Assembly: GCA_045586685.1 (NCBI GenBank)
Contig: JAZNAU010000039.1
Span: forward strand, 1-64,000
Direction of reading: 5' to 3'
Length of the DNA: 64,000 nucleotides
Origin: Clostridia bacterium
GTDB taxonomy: Bacteria; Bacillota; Clostridia; HGM11514
Both the position numbers and the translations under genes were made by a program. A model generated the notes under the pieces. That model made no database searches, was not told where the DNA came from, and worked only from the letters and a program-made list of their open reading frames with translations. Numbering within the stretch: the first letter of the stretch is position 1; the number at the start of each line of letters is the position of its first letter. Shown piece by piece: positions 32,598-41,349 of the stretch.

Positions 32598-33431
32598 ATG
32601 AAGGTTACGGGAAAGTATGAAGATATGCTGCGGGGGACGCCTGAATTTCCCCTTGGTTTTTACCGTGTGGACAACAGCCATCCCAACTATCATATGCAGC
32701 TTCACTGGCATGTGGAATATGAGATGATTCACATTTGTACGGGAAGTCTGACCCTGTTTCTGGACGAAGATACGGTACAGTGCAGCGGAGGGGATTGTAT
32801 TCTGGTGGCAGGAAGTACCTTACATGGTGCAACCCCACGAGGGTGCGTGTATGAATGTGCGGTATTTGATACCCGTTCTTTGTTTTTTGGTACGTGTCAA
32901 ACCGCCTTAAGCGGTATGAACGGATTTTTGAAAATGGAGGCAGGAAGTGAGGAAAACGCCGCCGCCCTTGATTTTTTTTACGCCCTTCAAGACACAGAGA
33001 ACGGAAAGGAATTTATGATTTTAAGTGCTCTTTACCGTTGCATCGGGTTGTTACAACAGAACAATCTGTTTGAGCATAGTCCCGTTCAGCACAGTAAGAA
33101 AATTCAGCATTTAAAGAAGGCATTACAATTGATAGAAACGGACTATTCTTCTACCATTACCCTGCCCCAGCTTGCTCGGGTTTGCGGAATGTCGCCCAAA
33201 TATTTCTGCCGTTTTTTTAAAGAAATGACCCACAAGACCCCCATTGATTATCTGAACAATTACCGAGTAAAAATTGCTTGTGAAATGTTAAGGAAGAATC
33301 AGGAATCCATTACCGAAATTGCGTTAAATTGCGGGTTTAACGATCTGAGCTATTTTATTAAGACCTTTAAACGATATAAGGGGCTGTCCCCCAAAAGCTA
33401 TCAAAAACAAATGCAGAACAACGAGGCATAA
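32598..33431 (+). CDS. AraC-family transcriptional regulator (cupin + HTH), divergent from fucI
   Basis: LHWHVEYE; YFCRFFK...CGFNDLSYFIKTFK. Confidence 0.9.
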   Translation: MKVTGKYEDMLRGTPEFPLGFYRVDNSHPNYHMQLHWHVEYEMIHICTGSLTLFLDEDTVQCSGGDCILVAGSTLHGATPRGCVYECAVFDTRSLFFGTCQTALSGMNGFLKMEAGSEENAAALDFFYALQDTENGKEFMILSALYRCIGLLQQNNLFEHSPVQHSKKIQHLKKALQLIETDYSSTITLPQLARVCGMSPKYFCRFFKEMTHKTPIDYLNNYRVKIACEMLRKNQESITEIALNCGFNDLSYFIKTFKRYKGLSPKSYQKQMQNNEA

Positions 33432-33442
33432 GGAGGATTTTT

Positions 33443-34396
33443 ATGAATATTGTGATATTGGATGCGGTTAATTTGGGAGAAGATCTGGATTTATCCTTAT
33501 TTGATTGTCTTGGAAGGGTAACCATCTATCATAATACGGCTCCCAATGAAACGAAGGAACGAATTTGCGATTGTGACGTGGTCATATTAAATAAGATAAA
33601 ATTAACAAAAGAAAATTTATCCTCAGCAAACAATCTGAAACTGATTTGCGAAACTGCCACAGGATTTGATAATATTGATGTGGGGTATTGCCGTGAGAAA
33701 GGGATAGGAGTTTGTAACGTAAAGGGGTATTCTACCCATTCGGTAGCACAGTTGACAGGGGCAACGGTGCTGTCTTTAGTTCATCATTTACCTGAATATC
33801 ATCAGTATGTGACCTCGGGGCAATACACAAAAAGGGGAATTCCTAATCGGATTGCCCCTGTCTTTCATGAGCTTTATGGCAAGGTTTGGGGAATCTTAGG
33901 CTACGGAGATATCGGCAAGCAGGTCGGACGGATTGCCCAAAGCTTTGGGTGTCGGGTGATGGTATGTAAACAGATGCCTATAAAAGAAGCAGAATGTGTG
34001 TCTTTAAAAACCCTATGTCGGGAATCAGACATCCTGACCATACATACGCCCTTGACCCCGAAAACACGAGGAATCATTGGAGAAGAGCAACTGTCAATGA
34101 TGAAAAAGGATGTGGTTTTAGTCAATGCCGCCCGAGGGGCGGTATGGGATGAGTTCGCTGTGGCAAAAGCATTAAAAGAGGGAACCATAGGAGCTGTAGG
34201 ATGTGATGTGTATTCTGTAGAACCCATGGCTGAAAATCACCCCTTTCAGGATATTTTAAACCTTCCCAATCTGTGCCTGACTCCTCATATGGCATGGGGT
34301 GCCTATGAAGCACGGGTGCGGTGTATGGAAGAAGTGAAAGAAAATATTCTTGCTTTTTACAGAGGAGAAAAACGGAACAGAGTGGAAGAACAGTAA
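33443..34396 (+). CDS. D-2-hydroxyacid dehydrogenase (glycerate dehydrogenase-like)
   Basis: ATGFDNID, GILGYGDIG, VNAARG, TPHMAW. Confidence 0.9.
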   Translation: MNIVILDAVNLGEDLDLSLFDCLGRVTIYHNTAPNETKERICDCDVVILNKIKLTKENLSSANNLKLICETATGFDNIDVGYCREKGIGVCNVKGYSTHSVAQLTGATVLSLVHHLPEYHQYVTSGQYTKRGIPNRIAPVFHELYGKVWGILGYGDIGKQVGRIAQSFGCRVMVCKQMPIKEAECVSLKTLCRESDILTIHTPLTPKTRGIIGEEQLSMMKKDVVLVNAARGAVWDEFAVAKALKEGTIGAVGCDVYSVEPMAENHPFQDILNLPNLCLTPHMAWGAYEARVRCMEEVKENILAFYRGEKRNRVEEQ

Positions 34397-34482
34397 CAAT
34401 GGTTTTTAGGAAAGGATTAACAAACTTGTTACAATGTAAAATTTATTTTACAAAGCAATTTCAATAGGTTTACAATAACAGG

Positions 34483-34603
34483 TTATTCACAATTTTTATC
34501 CGCTTTTCCACGACTTTTTCACAATAAAAAGATAGGAATGATCGGTTATTCACAAAGTTATCCACAATATCCACATTTTTAGTTATTCTCTTATTGTGGA
34601 TAA
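34483..34603. promoter_or_regulatory. DnaA-box cluster outside oriC
   Basis: Perfect TTATCCACA (34558) and TGTGGATAA (34595); TTATTCACA (34483, 34546), ATATCCACA (34567), TTTTCCACG (34504), TTTTTCACA (34515). Confidence 0.8.
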
Positions 34604-34724
34604 CAAAATCCTCTTTTTTTCGACTTTATAAAAAAAGATTCTGACAAAAATGGAAGATATGTCTTGCAATCTATAGGAAAATGCACTATAATAGTAATAA
34701 GAACTTGAAAGGACGGAGAAGGAA

Positions 34725-36014
34725 TTGAATATTTTTACATTAAAGAATATGAGCCCGGAGGACAAGCGTAAAATAATGCGTCGGGCAGAAACGGATATCA
34801 GCGAATATATGCAGACCGCACGGGAAATTTCTCTGGACGTAAAAGAAAACGGAGATAAAGCGGTGCTTTCTTATACCAAAAAGTTTGATAGAGTAGAATT
34901 GAAAAACGGTATGAGGGTGACAGCGGAAGAAATTGAGGCAGGCTACGGACGGCTGGATGAGGAAACAAGAGAAGCCATCCGCTATGCTGCAGGAAATATC
35001 AGAACCTTCCACGAGGCACAAATGCCGGAAGAACTCTGGTTTACCAATGTAAACGACGGAATTATGGCAGGGGAAAAAGTGACTCCTATTACTGATGTTT
35101 GTTTGTATGTGCCGCGGGGAAAGGGGAGCTTTCCTTCCGTACTGCTGATGCTGGGGATTCCCGCATTGGTGGCAGGAGTACCCAAAATTGTGGTTGTCAC
35201 TCCTCCCAATGAACAGGGAACCTTAGATGATGCCATGCTGGCGGCAGCAAAAATTATTGGCATTACTGAAATTTATATGGTGGGCGGAATTCAGGCGGTG
35301 GCTTCTGTTGCATATGGTACGGAAACCATTCCGAAATGCAGTAAGATTATCGGCCCCGGAAACGCTTATGCCACGGCGGCAAAAAGAGTATTAGCAAATG
35401 AAATTGACACAGGCCTTCCTGCAGGGCCCAGCGAATCTATTATTCTGGCAGACGAATTTGCAGATCCTCATAAGGTGGCGCTGGACTGGATGATTGAGGC
35501 AGAGCACGGACCCGATTCTGCCGCATTGCTGGTCACCCATGACCATAGCTTACCAGACAAGGTTTTGCCTATTGTAGAACAGCAGCTGACAAAGATTTCT
35601 GAAAAACGGCGTTCCTTTGTGACCACCAACTTTTCCACTTATGGAGGCATTATATTAACCGATTCTCTGGAAGAATCCATTGACTTTGTAAACGATTATG
35701 CACCCGAGCATATGGAAGTCATGACAAAGGACCCCTTTGGCGTTCTTCCCAAAATCAAAAATGCAGGAGAAATTCTGCTTGGGGAGTACACGCCCATTAC
35801 CATGTGTAATTTCGTTATGGGACCCAATGCTATTTTGCCCACAGGGGGATTTGCAAAAACCTGTTCTTCTGTATCGGTTAACGATTTTCTAAAGAGAAGC
35901 TCGGTGGGTTATGTGACTCGTGAAGGCTTTGAAAAGGCAAGAGAACATGCTTATCGCATGGCTGTGGCAGAAGGATTTGATACCCACGGTCTTGCCGTAA
36001 AGGATAGAAAATAA
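34725..36014 (+). CDS. Histidinol dehydrogenase-like protein (non-canonical active site)
   Basis: LYVPRG, IIGPGN, PAGPSE, APEH conserved; EAEH replaces QAEH and NFVMGPNAILPT replaces DY..G.NHVLPT. Confidence 0.8.
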   Translation: MNIFTLKNMSPEDKRKIMRRAETDISEYMQTAREISLDVKENGDKAVLSYTKKFDRVELKNGMRVTAEEIEAGYGRLDEETREAIRYAAGNIRTFHEAQMPEELWFTNVNDGIMAGEKVTPITDVCLYVPRGKGSFPSVLLMLGIPALVAGVPKIVVVTPPNEQGTLDDAMLAAAKIIGITEIYMVGGIQAVASVAYGTETIPKCSKIIGPGNAYATAAKRVLANEIDTGLPAGPSESIILADEFADPHKVALDWMIEAEHGPDSAALLVTHDHSLPDKVLPIVEQQLTKISEKRRSFVTTNFSTYGGIILTDSLEESIDFVNDYAPEHMEVMTKDPFGVLPKIKNAGEILLGEYTPITMCNFVMGPNAILPTGGFAKTCSSVSVNDFLKRSSVGYVTREGFEKAREHAYRMAVAEGFDTHGLAVKDRK

Positions 36015-36026
36015 GGAGAGGTTATC

Positions 36027-36650
36027 ATGTTAAAAGTAACAAGAACCACCAAAGAATCGAAAATTGAGGTTGTGTTAGACAAAAAAGGGTTGCAACCTGA
36101 TTATAAAAAGGATCTGGTGACTCAAAGTGCCATGCTCAGCCATATGTTAGAGCACCTGTCTTACCGTGCCGGTATCGGCATGAAGGTCAGCTGTGAATAT
36201 GACGGATTTGTATTGTCGCACGTTTTGTTTGAAGATTTAGGGATTACGGTAGGACGTGCCTTTGCAGAGCTGTTGGAACGGTCTGTGGAGGAAGGCTGTT
36301 ACGGATTCGGAGATGCAGTAGGAATGATTGACGAAGCTTTTGTACAGGCTGGAATCAGCTTTGAATCCCGTTCCCTTTTTGTACTGGATGATTCTCAGAT
36401 TACTATGCCCTCTGCCTGCGAGGATACCACAAGCGAAGATTTAGCTACCTTCTTGGACGGATTTTGTCAAGGAGCGCGCTGTACCCTTCACGTTGTAATC
36501 AAACGAGGAGTCAATGCACATCATATCTGGGAAGCGGTGTACCGGGCGTTAGGCACCTGTCTGGAGCATGCTTTTACTTCCAACCCGGCAAGAGCGGGAA
36601 AAACGTCAGGTGTTGCAGGGAAGATTCAATTTACTGTTGAAGAACTGTAA
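36027..36650 (+). CDS. Imidazoleglycerol-phosphate dehydratase-like protein (atypical)
   Basis: RTTKES, HML, IDEA, NAHHIWEA; first DxHH motif is LSHV and PSTKG tail is absent. Confidence 0.75.
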   Translation: MLKVTRTTKESKIEVVLDKKGLQPDYKKDLVTQSAMLSHMLEHLSYRAGIGMKVSCEYDGFVLSHVLFEDLGITVGRAFAELLERSVEEGCYGFGDAVGMIDEAFVQAGISFESRSLFVLDDSQITMPSACEDTTSEDLATFLDGFCQGARCTLHVVIKRGVNAHHIWEAVYRALGTCLEHAFTSNPARAGKTSGVAGKIQFTVEEL

Positions 36651-36712
36651 GGAAGAAGCTGTAGCAAAATCATTTTGTTTTGCTACAGCCCCTTTTCTAT
36701 AAAGGAGCTTTT

Positions 36713-37651
36713 ATGAAATACGATATTATATTATTTGACATGGACGGGGTAATGACAGGCGAGCTGTATTATTGGAAAACGGCGGCTTTGACTGTTTGGG
36801 AAACCTTATATCACGAAGACGCCTCATCCATTGCCTCTCGGACAGAAGACATCTTTCAAACGGTATTTTGTAACAAAGAAATCATACAATATGCTAAGCG
36901 TGCGGGAGTGAATACCAACTATGATTTGGCTTATGTCACAGCGGCCTTGGGAACGGTTTATCGGAACGAGGAAAAACCCTTCCAAAGGATAAAAGAATTT
37001 TTTCAAAAGGAAAACCGATTTGTGCCTGAGCTGTACCGTCAATGTGCTGAAATAGCGGGAGACGGCTGGGAGCATCAGGGTGTTATCTGGAAGAAATTGC
37101 ATGATTTGTTTCAAAGCTGGTATTTGGGGGACGGCGACAAGAAAGAAGGATTGATTCAGCAAGAAAAACCTTTGTTTTCTCCCCAAACATTAAAAGAATT
37201 TTTAACGGCATTAAACCATCGGGGGGTTCAATGCGGAATTGGAACGGGACGACCCAAGGCAGAAATTATTCCCCATTTAAAACGGTGGGAGCTGTATGAA
37301 TTGTTTGATGAAAACCGAATTGTTACGTTGGATGAGGTGGTGAACGCCCAAAAGGAATTAGAACTATCTGTCTCTTTGAGCAAACCCCATTTTTATATGT
37401 TCGGAAAAGGTGTTGCGGGTTTATCTTGCAACAACCGTGACGTGATTGACAGACGATTTGATCAGGAACTGGTGAAAAAAACTCTGGTGGTGGGTGATGC
37501 AGGAGCGGATATTTATGCCGCAAAAAGTCTGGGTGCGGATTTTGCCGCTGTTCTTACAGGGGTAAACGGAAAAGAGGAACGAGCCTTTTTTGAAAAAGAA
37601 AAGGCGGAATATATTTTTGAAAATGTATTTGAACTTTTGTCCTTACTATAA
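36713..37651 (+). CDS. HAD-superfamily hydrolase
   Basis: FDMDGV, TGR, KPH, VGDAGAD motifs I-IV. Confidence 0.85.
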   Translation: MKYDIILFDMDGVMTGELYYWKTAALTVWETLYHEDASSIASRTEDIFQTVFCNKEIIQYAKRAGVNTNYDLAYVTAALGTVYRNEEKPFQRIKEFFQKENRFVPELYRQCAEIAGDGWEHQGVIWKKLHDLFQSWYLGDGDKKEGLIQQEKPLFSPQTLKEFLTALNHRGVQCGIGTGRPKAEIIPHLKRWELYELFDENRIVTLDEVVNAQKELELSVSLSKPHFYMFGKGVAGLSCNNRDVIDRRFDQELVKKTLVVGDAGADIYAAKSLGADFAAVLTGVNGKEERAFFEKEKAEYIFENVFELLSLL

Positions 37652-37688
37652 CAATCGCAAGGAAAGTAATTTCCTTGCGATTGTTTAT

Positions 37689-38792
37689 TTACTCCGCAGA
37701 GCCATTCATTTTTTTATCGTCCAATAAATCGGAAAGGACATATTTTACTGCTGCCACCAGAGGAACACCCAAAATCATGCCTGTTGCTCCGAACAGACCG
37801 CCAAACACAGTAACAGAAAGCAACACCAACAAAGGACTAACGCCTACAGAACGACCCAAGATTCTGGGTTGCAGGACATTGGAGTCTAACTGTGCTATCA
37901 CAAACAAAGCAACCAAAATCCAGACTGACCGCAAAAGACCTACCGTCAAAAAAGAAACAGATGCTATGACGATGGTTGATACAATAGGACCGAAAAAGGG
38001 AATCATGTTTCCAATTGCCGCCAGTACACCCAATAAAGGAGCATAAGGAACTTGAAATCCTGACAGAATCAGAAAGGTGGCACTGCCCATAATCAATGCA
38101 TCAATAAACAGAGCGGAGAAATAGGAATAAAACAGAGTCACCATTTTAGAGCAAAAGAACAGCACCGTCGCGGTGGCTTTTCCGGGATTCTGAATAAAAA
38201 ACACCCGCTTAAAGAAGGCAAAAAATGCATCTTTCTCCAAAATAATATAAATAGAAAAAATGATGCTCATAAAAGCGGACAAAAAGGAATTGGCAATTTT
38301 GCTGATGATTCCAATATATTGATTCAGCGTTGCCAGATTCAACTTCGGTAAAATATTATTTTTTACAAATTGATTGATATTGATATATTCAAATAAGTCG
38401 TATTTTTCCATAAAATTTTCCAAGACAGCATAATATTTTGGAACCTGACCGATAAAATCTTCTATGTTTTTGTATAATATAGGAACAAAATACTTGACAA
38501 TTAAGGACAGGGCAGAAAAGAGAATCAAGTACACCAGCAACGTACTGATTGCCATGGAAAACCGCTTGACTAATTTCCCCTTACACCGACGAATCCACCC
38601 ATTTAACTTTTTTACCGGACGATACAGAAAAAAGGCGATAATCAGTCCTGCAAAAAAAGGACTCATGGTAGATAGCACCTTTAAAAAGGCAAACCAAATG
38701 TATTCAAAATTATTGATAATCTTATAGGCAAAAATCAACAGCAAGCCGATAATCAAAAGTTGTCCTTGCCCTGTTAGCTTCCATTTTTTCAT
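37689..38792 (-). CDS. AI-2E (PerM) family transporter
   Basis: Multi-TM; NMIPFFGP, LQPRILG, FGGLFGATGMILGVP. Confidence 0.88.
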   Translation of the reverse strand: MKKWKLTGQGQLLIIGLLLIFAYKIINNFEYIWFAFLKVLSTMSPFFAGLIIAFFLYRPVKKLNGWIRRCKGKLVKRFSMAISTLLVYLILFSALSLIVKYFVPILYKNIEDFIGQVPKYYAVLENFMEKYDLFEYININQFVKNNILPKLNLATLNQYIGIISKIANSFLSAFMSIIFSIYIILEKDAFFAFFKRVFFIQNPGKATATVLFFCSKMVTLFYSYFSALFIDALIMGSATFLILSGFQVPYAPLLGVLAAIGNMIPFFGPIVSTIVIASVSFLTVGLLRSVWILVALFVIAQLDSNVLQPRILGRSVGVSPLLVLLSVTVFGGLFGATGMILGVPLVAAVKYVLSDLLDDKKMNGSAE

Positions 38793-38902
38793 TGTTTTTT
38801 CCTCCCTTATCTATTATAACCAACTGATGGAAAACTGTCAAGAAAATACAGGTAGTTTTATAAACTTTTCTTAAAAACCAAAAAAATTTTTTGAAAACTA
38901 TT

Positions 38903-38922
38903 GACTTTATTGCAGTAAAGTG
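38903..38922. promoter_or_regulatory. Palindromic operator (HisR/YerC-like) inside the sigma-A promoter of the ABC operon
   Basis: ACTTTA-TTGCAG-TAAAGT spanning from TTGACT (-35, 38901) to TAAAAT (-10). Confidence 0.6.
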
Positions 38923-38965
38923 ATAAAATGTTTATATCAATAAAACAGAAAGGTTGGTTCTTATT

Positions 38966-39772
38966 ATGAACAAGAAAATTTTATCTTTAACATTAGCTCT
39001 GGTTTTGGTTGTTTTGGCATTGGCAGGCTGTGGAAACAGCGGAGCAGATCAGGCAGAATCCGATCTGGCTTACATTACTGATAAAGGCACTATGGTAATT
39101 GGCTACACTGTTTATGCCCCCATGAACTATACCGATGACGATGGTAACTTCACCGGATTTGACACAGAGCTGGCAGAAGCTGTATGCAAAAAGCTGGGTG
39201 TTACTCCCGAATTTATTGAAATTGATTGGGACACCAAAGAAATTGAACTGAACGCAAAAAATCTTGATTGTATCTGGAACGGATTCACCATTACGGAAGA
39301 AAGAAAAGAAAACATTTCTTTCTCCAAGCCTTATATTGAAAACAAACAGGTTGTTGTAATCAGAACAGCAGACGCTGACAAATATACGGATAGTGCTTCC
39401 CTGTCTTCTGCAAATTTGGTGGCAGAAATTTCTTCTGCCGGAGAATCTGCCATTGCAGATGATGCGGACCTTTCCAAAGCAAATTATACTGCTGTTGCAA
39501 AACAGACAGACGGTTTGATGGAAGTAAAGGCAGGCACCGCAGATGCCGTTGTTCTGGATGTAACTCTGGCAAACGCAATGGTTGGAGAAGGCACAAGCTA
39601 TGAAGATCTGCAGATTGTTTCCGGTTTGGATCTGGCTGTTGAGTTCTATGGTGTTGGTTTCAGAAAGGGCAGCGATGCTGTTGCGAAAGTGGACGAAGCA
39701 TTTGATGCTCTGATTGCTGACGGCACAATGGAAGAACTGGGTGAAAAATACCAGGTTAATATCTGCAAATAA
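38966..39772 (+). CDS. Polar amino-acid ABC transporter substrate-binding lipoprotein
   Basis: Lipobox LAGC; GFDTELA, WNGFTITEER. Confidence 0.92.
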   Translation: MNKKILSLTLALVLVVLALAGCGNSGADQAESDLAYITDKGTMVIGYTVYAPMNYTDDDGNFTGFDTELAEAVCKKLGVTPEFIEIDWDTKEIELNAKNLDCIWNGFTITEERKENISFSKPYIENKQVVVIRTADADKYTDSASLSSANLVAEISSAGESAIADDADLSKANYTAVAKQTDGLMEVKAGTADAVVLDVTLANAMVGEGTSYEDLQIVSGLDLAVEFYGVGFRKGSDAVAKVDEAFDALIADGTMEELGEKYQVNICK

Positions 39773-39850
39773 AAAACTGTAATTTGATATACGGGCAAAA
39801 ACTAAGACCGGAGGGTCTTAGTTTTTCCTGTGTTTGAAAGGGAAATTGTC

Positions 39851-40507
39851 ATGAATTTGAATCAACTGGGACTGGTAACCGGAAAACTGCTGGAAGGCTT
39901 TCAATTTAATATTATCATATTTGCCATCACCCTTGTTGCATCTTTGCCCTTGGGACTGATTCTTTCCTTTGGCTCCATGAGCAAGATAAAACCCCTTGCC
40001 TGGGTGACTAAAATTTTTATCTGGATTATCAGAGGAACCCCCTTGATGCTTCAGATTATGCTGGTTTTCTTTGGTCCTGGACTGTTGTGGCACGGGGAAT
40101 CTTTAAACCGTCTTGATGCGGCAATCGTGGCTTTTGTGGTGAATTACGCTTGCTATTTTTCCGAAATTTTCAGAGGGGGCATTGAATCCATTCCCAAAGG
40201 CCAGTATGAGGCAGGTCAGGTATTGGGAATGACCAAAACCCAGATTTTCTTTAAAATCGTACTGTTGCAGGTAATCAAACGAATTGTCCCCCCCACGTTT
40301 AACGAAATTATGACGCTGATTAAAGATACTTCTCTTGCAAGAATTATTTCTGTTGTAGAAATTACCAGAGTGGCAAACAATTTCATTACCTCTCAGGCGT
40401 TGATTTGGCCTCTGTTTTATTCCGGCATTTTTTACCTTGTTTTTTGCGGAGTTTTAACCATTTTGTCCGGATATATTGAAAGAAAGCTGAATTATTACAG
40501 GGGGTGA
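39851..40507 (+). CDS. Polar amino-acid ABC transporter permease
   Basis: RGTPLMLQ, SEIFRGGIESIPKGQYEA. Confidence 0.92.
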   Translation: MNLNQLGLVTGKLLEGFQFNIIIFAITLVASLPLGLILSFGSMSKIKPLAWVTKIFIWIIRGTPLMLQIMLVFFGPGLLWHGESLNRLDAAIVAFVVNYACYFSEIFRGGIESIPKGQYEAGQVLGMTKTQIFFKIVLLQVIKRIVPPTFNEIMTLIKDTSLARIISVVEITRVANNFITSQALIWPLFYSGIFYLVFCGVLTILSGYIERKLNYYRG

Positions 40508-40512
40508 TAGGA

Positions 40513-41295
40513 ATGAGCATACTGGAAGTAAAAAACCTGAAAAAACGATTTGATAAAACAGAAGTGTTAAAAGGCATCGATTTCTCTATTGAACAAGGAG
40601 ATGTGGTTGCCATTTTAGGCTCCTCCGGAAGCGGAAAAACTACCCTTCTTCGTTGTCTTAACTTTTTGGAAAAGGCAGATGCGGGGAAAATTTTTGTGGA
40701 TGGAGAAATGGTATTTGACGGTGAAGAAAAAAAGAATTACTCTGCTGCTCAAATCAGAAAAAACCAGTTAAATTTCGGTCTTGTGTTTCAGCAGTTTAAT
40801 CTATTTCCACAGTACAGTGCATTAAAAAATGTAATGCTTGCCCCCCTGCTATTGGCAAAGGAACGCCCTGATTACAAACAGAACAAAAAGCTGATAGAAG
40901 GGGAGATTCGGCGAAATGCTAAAGCGTTGTTAGACAGAGTGGGGCTTGCAGATAAGCACGACAATTATCCTTGCGAGCTGTCCGGCGGACAGCAACAGCG
41001 GGTTTCCATCGCCCGTGCTTTGGCACTGGAGCCCAAGGTGCTGTTTTTTGATGAACCTACCTCTGCGCTGGACCCTGAGCTGACAGGAGAAATTTTAAAG
41101 GTCATTAAGGATTTGGCGGCAAAGGACCATACCATGGTTATTGTGACTCATGAAATTGAATTTGCCCGCCATGTGGCAGACAGAATTATCTTTATGGATG
41201 ACGGCGTTATTGCAGATGACGGTACGCCGGAAGAAGTCATAGACAATCCAAAAAATGAAAGAACTGCCGCATTTTTAAGTAAATTTTATGACTAA
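40513..41295 (+). CDS. Polar amino-acid ABC transporter ATPase
   Basis: GSSGSGKTT, LSGGQQQR, DEPTSALDPE. Confidence 0.93.
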   Translation: MSILEVKNLKKRFDKTEVLKGIDFSIEQGDVVAILGSSGSGKTTLLRCLNFLEKADAGKIFVDGEMVFDGEEKKNYSAAQIRKNQLNFGLVFQQFNLFPQYSALKNVMLAPLLLAKERPDYKQNKKLIEGEIRRNAKALLDRVGLADKHDNYPCELSGGQQQRVSIARALALEPKVLFFDEPTSALDPELTGEILKVIKDLAAKDHTMVIVTHEIEFARHVADRIIFMDDGVIADDGTPEEVIDNPKNERTAAFLSKFYD

Positions 41296-41296
41296 T

Positions 41297-41336
41297 AAAA
41301 AAGGCTGTAGAAAGCAACTCTTTTCTACAGCCTTTT
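41297..41336. terminator. Bidirectional terminator
   Basis: AAAAGGCTGTAGAAA/TTTCTACAGCCTTTT. Confidence 0.75.
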
Positions 41337-41349
41337 CTTCTGCTATTGA

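Noticed and set aside
34483-34603. Remote DnaA-box cluster as the true oriC
   Set aside because: The dnaA-dnaN gap has boxes plus trio-like repeats and an AT-rich region in the canonical position; the remote cluster lacks an evident trio run.
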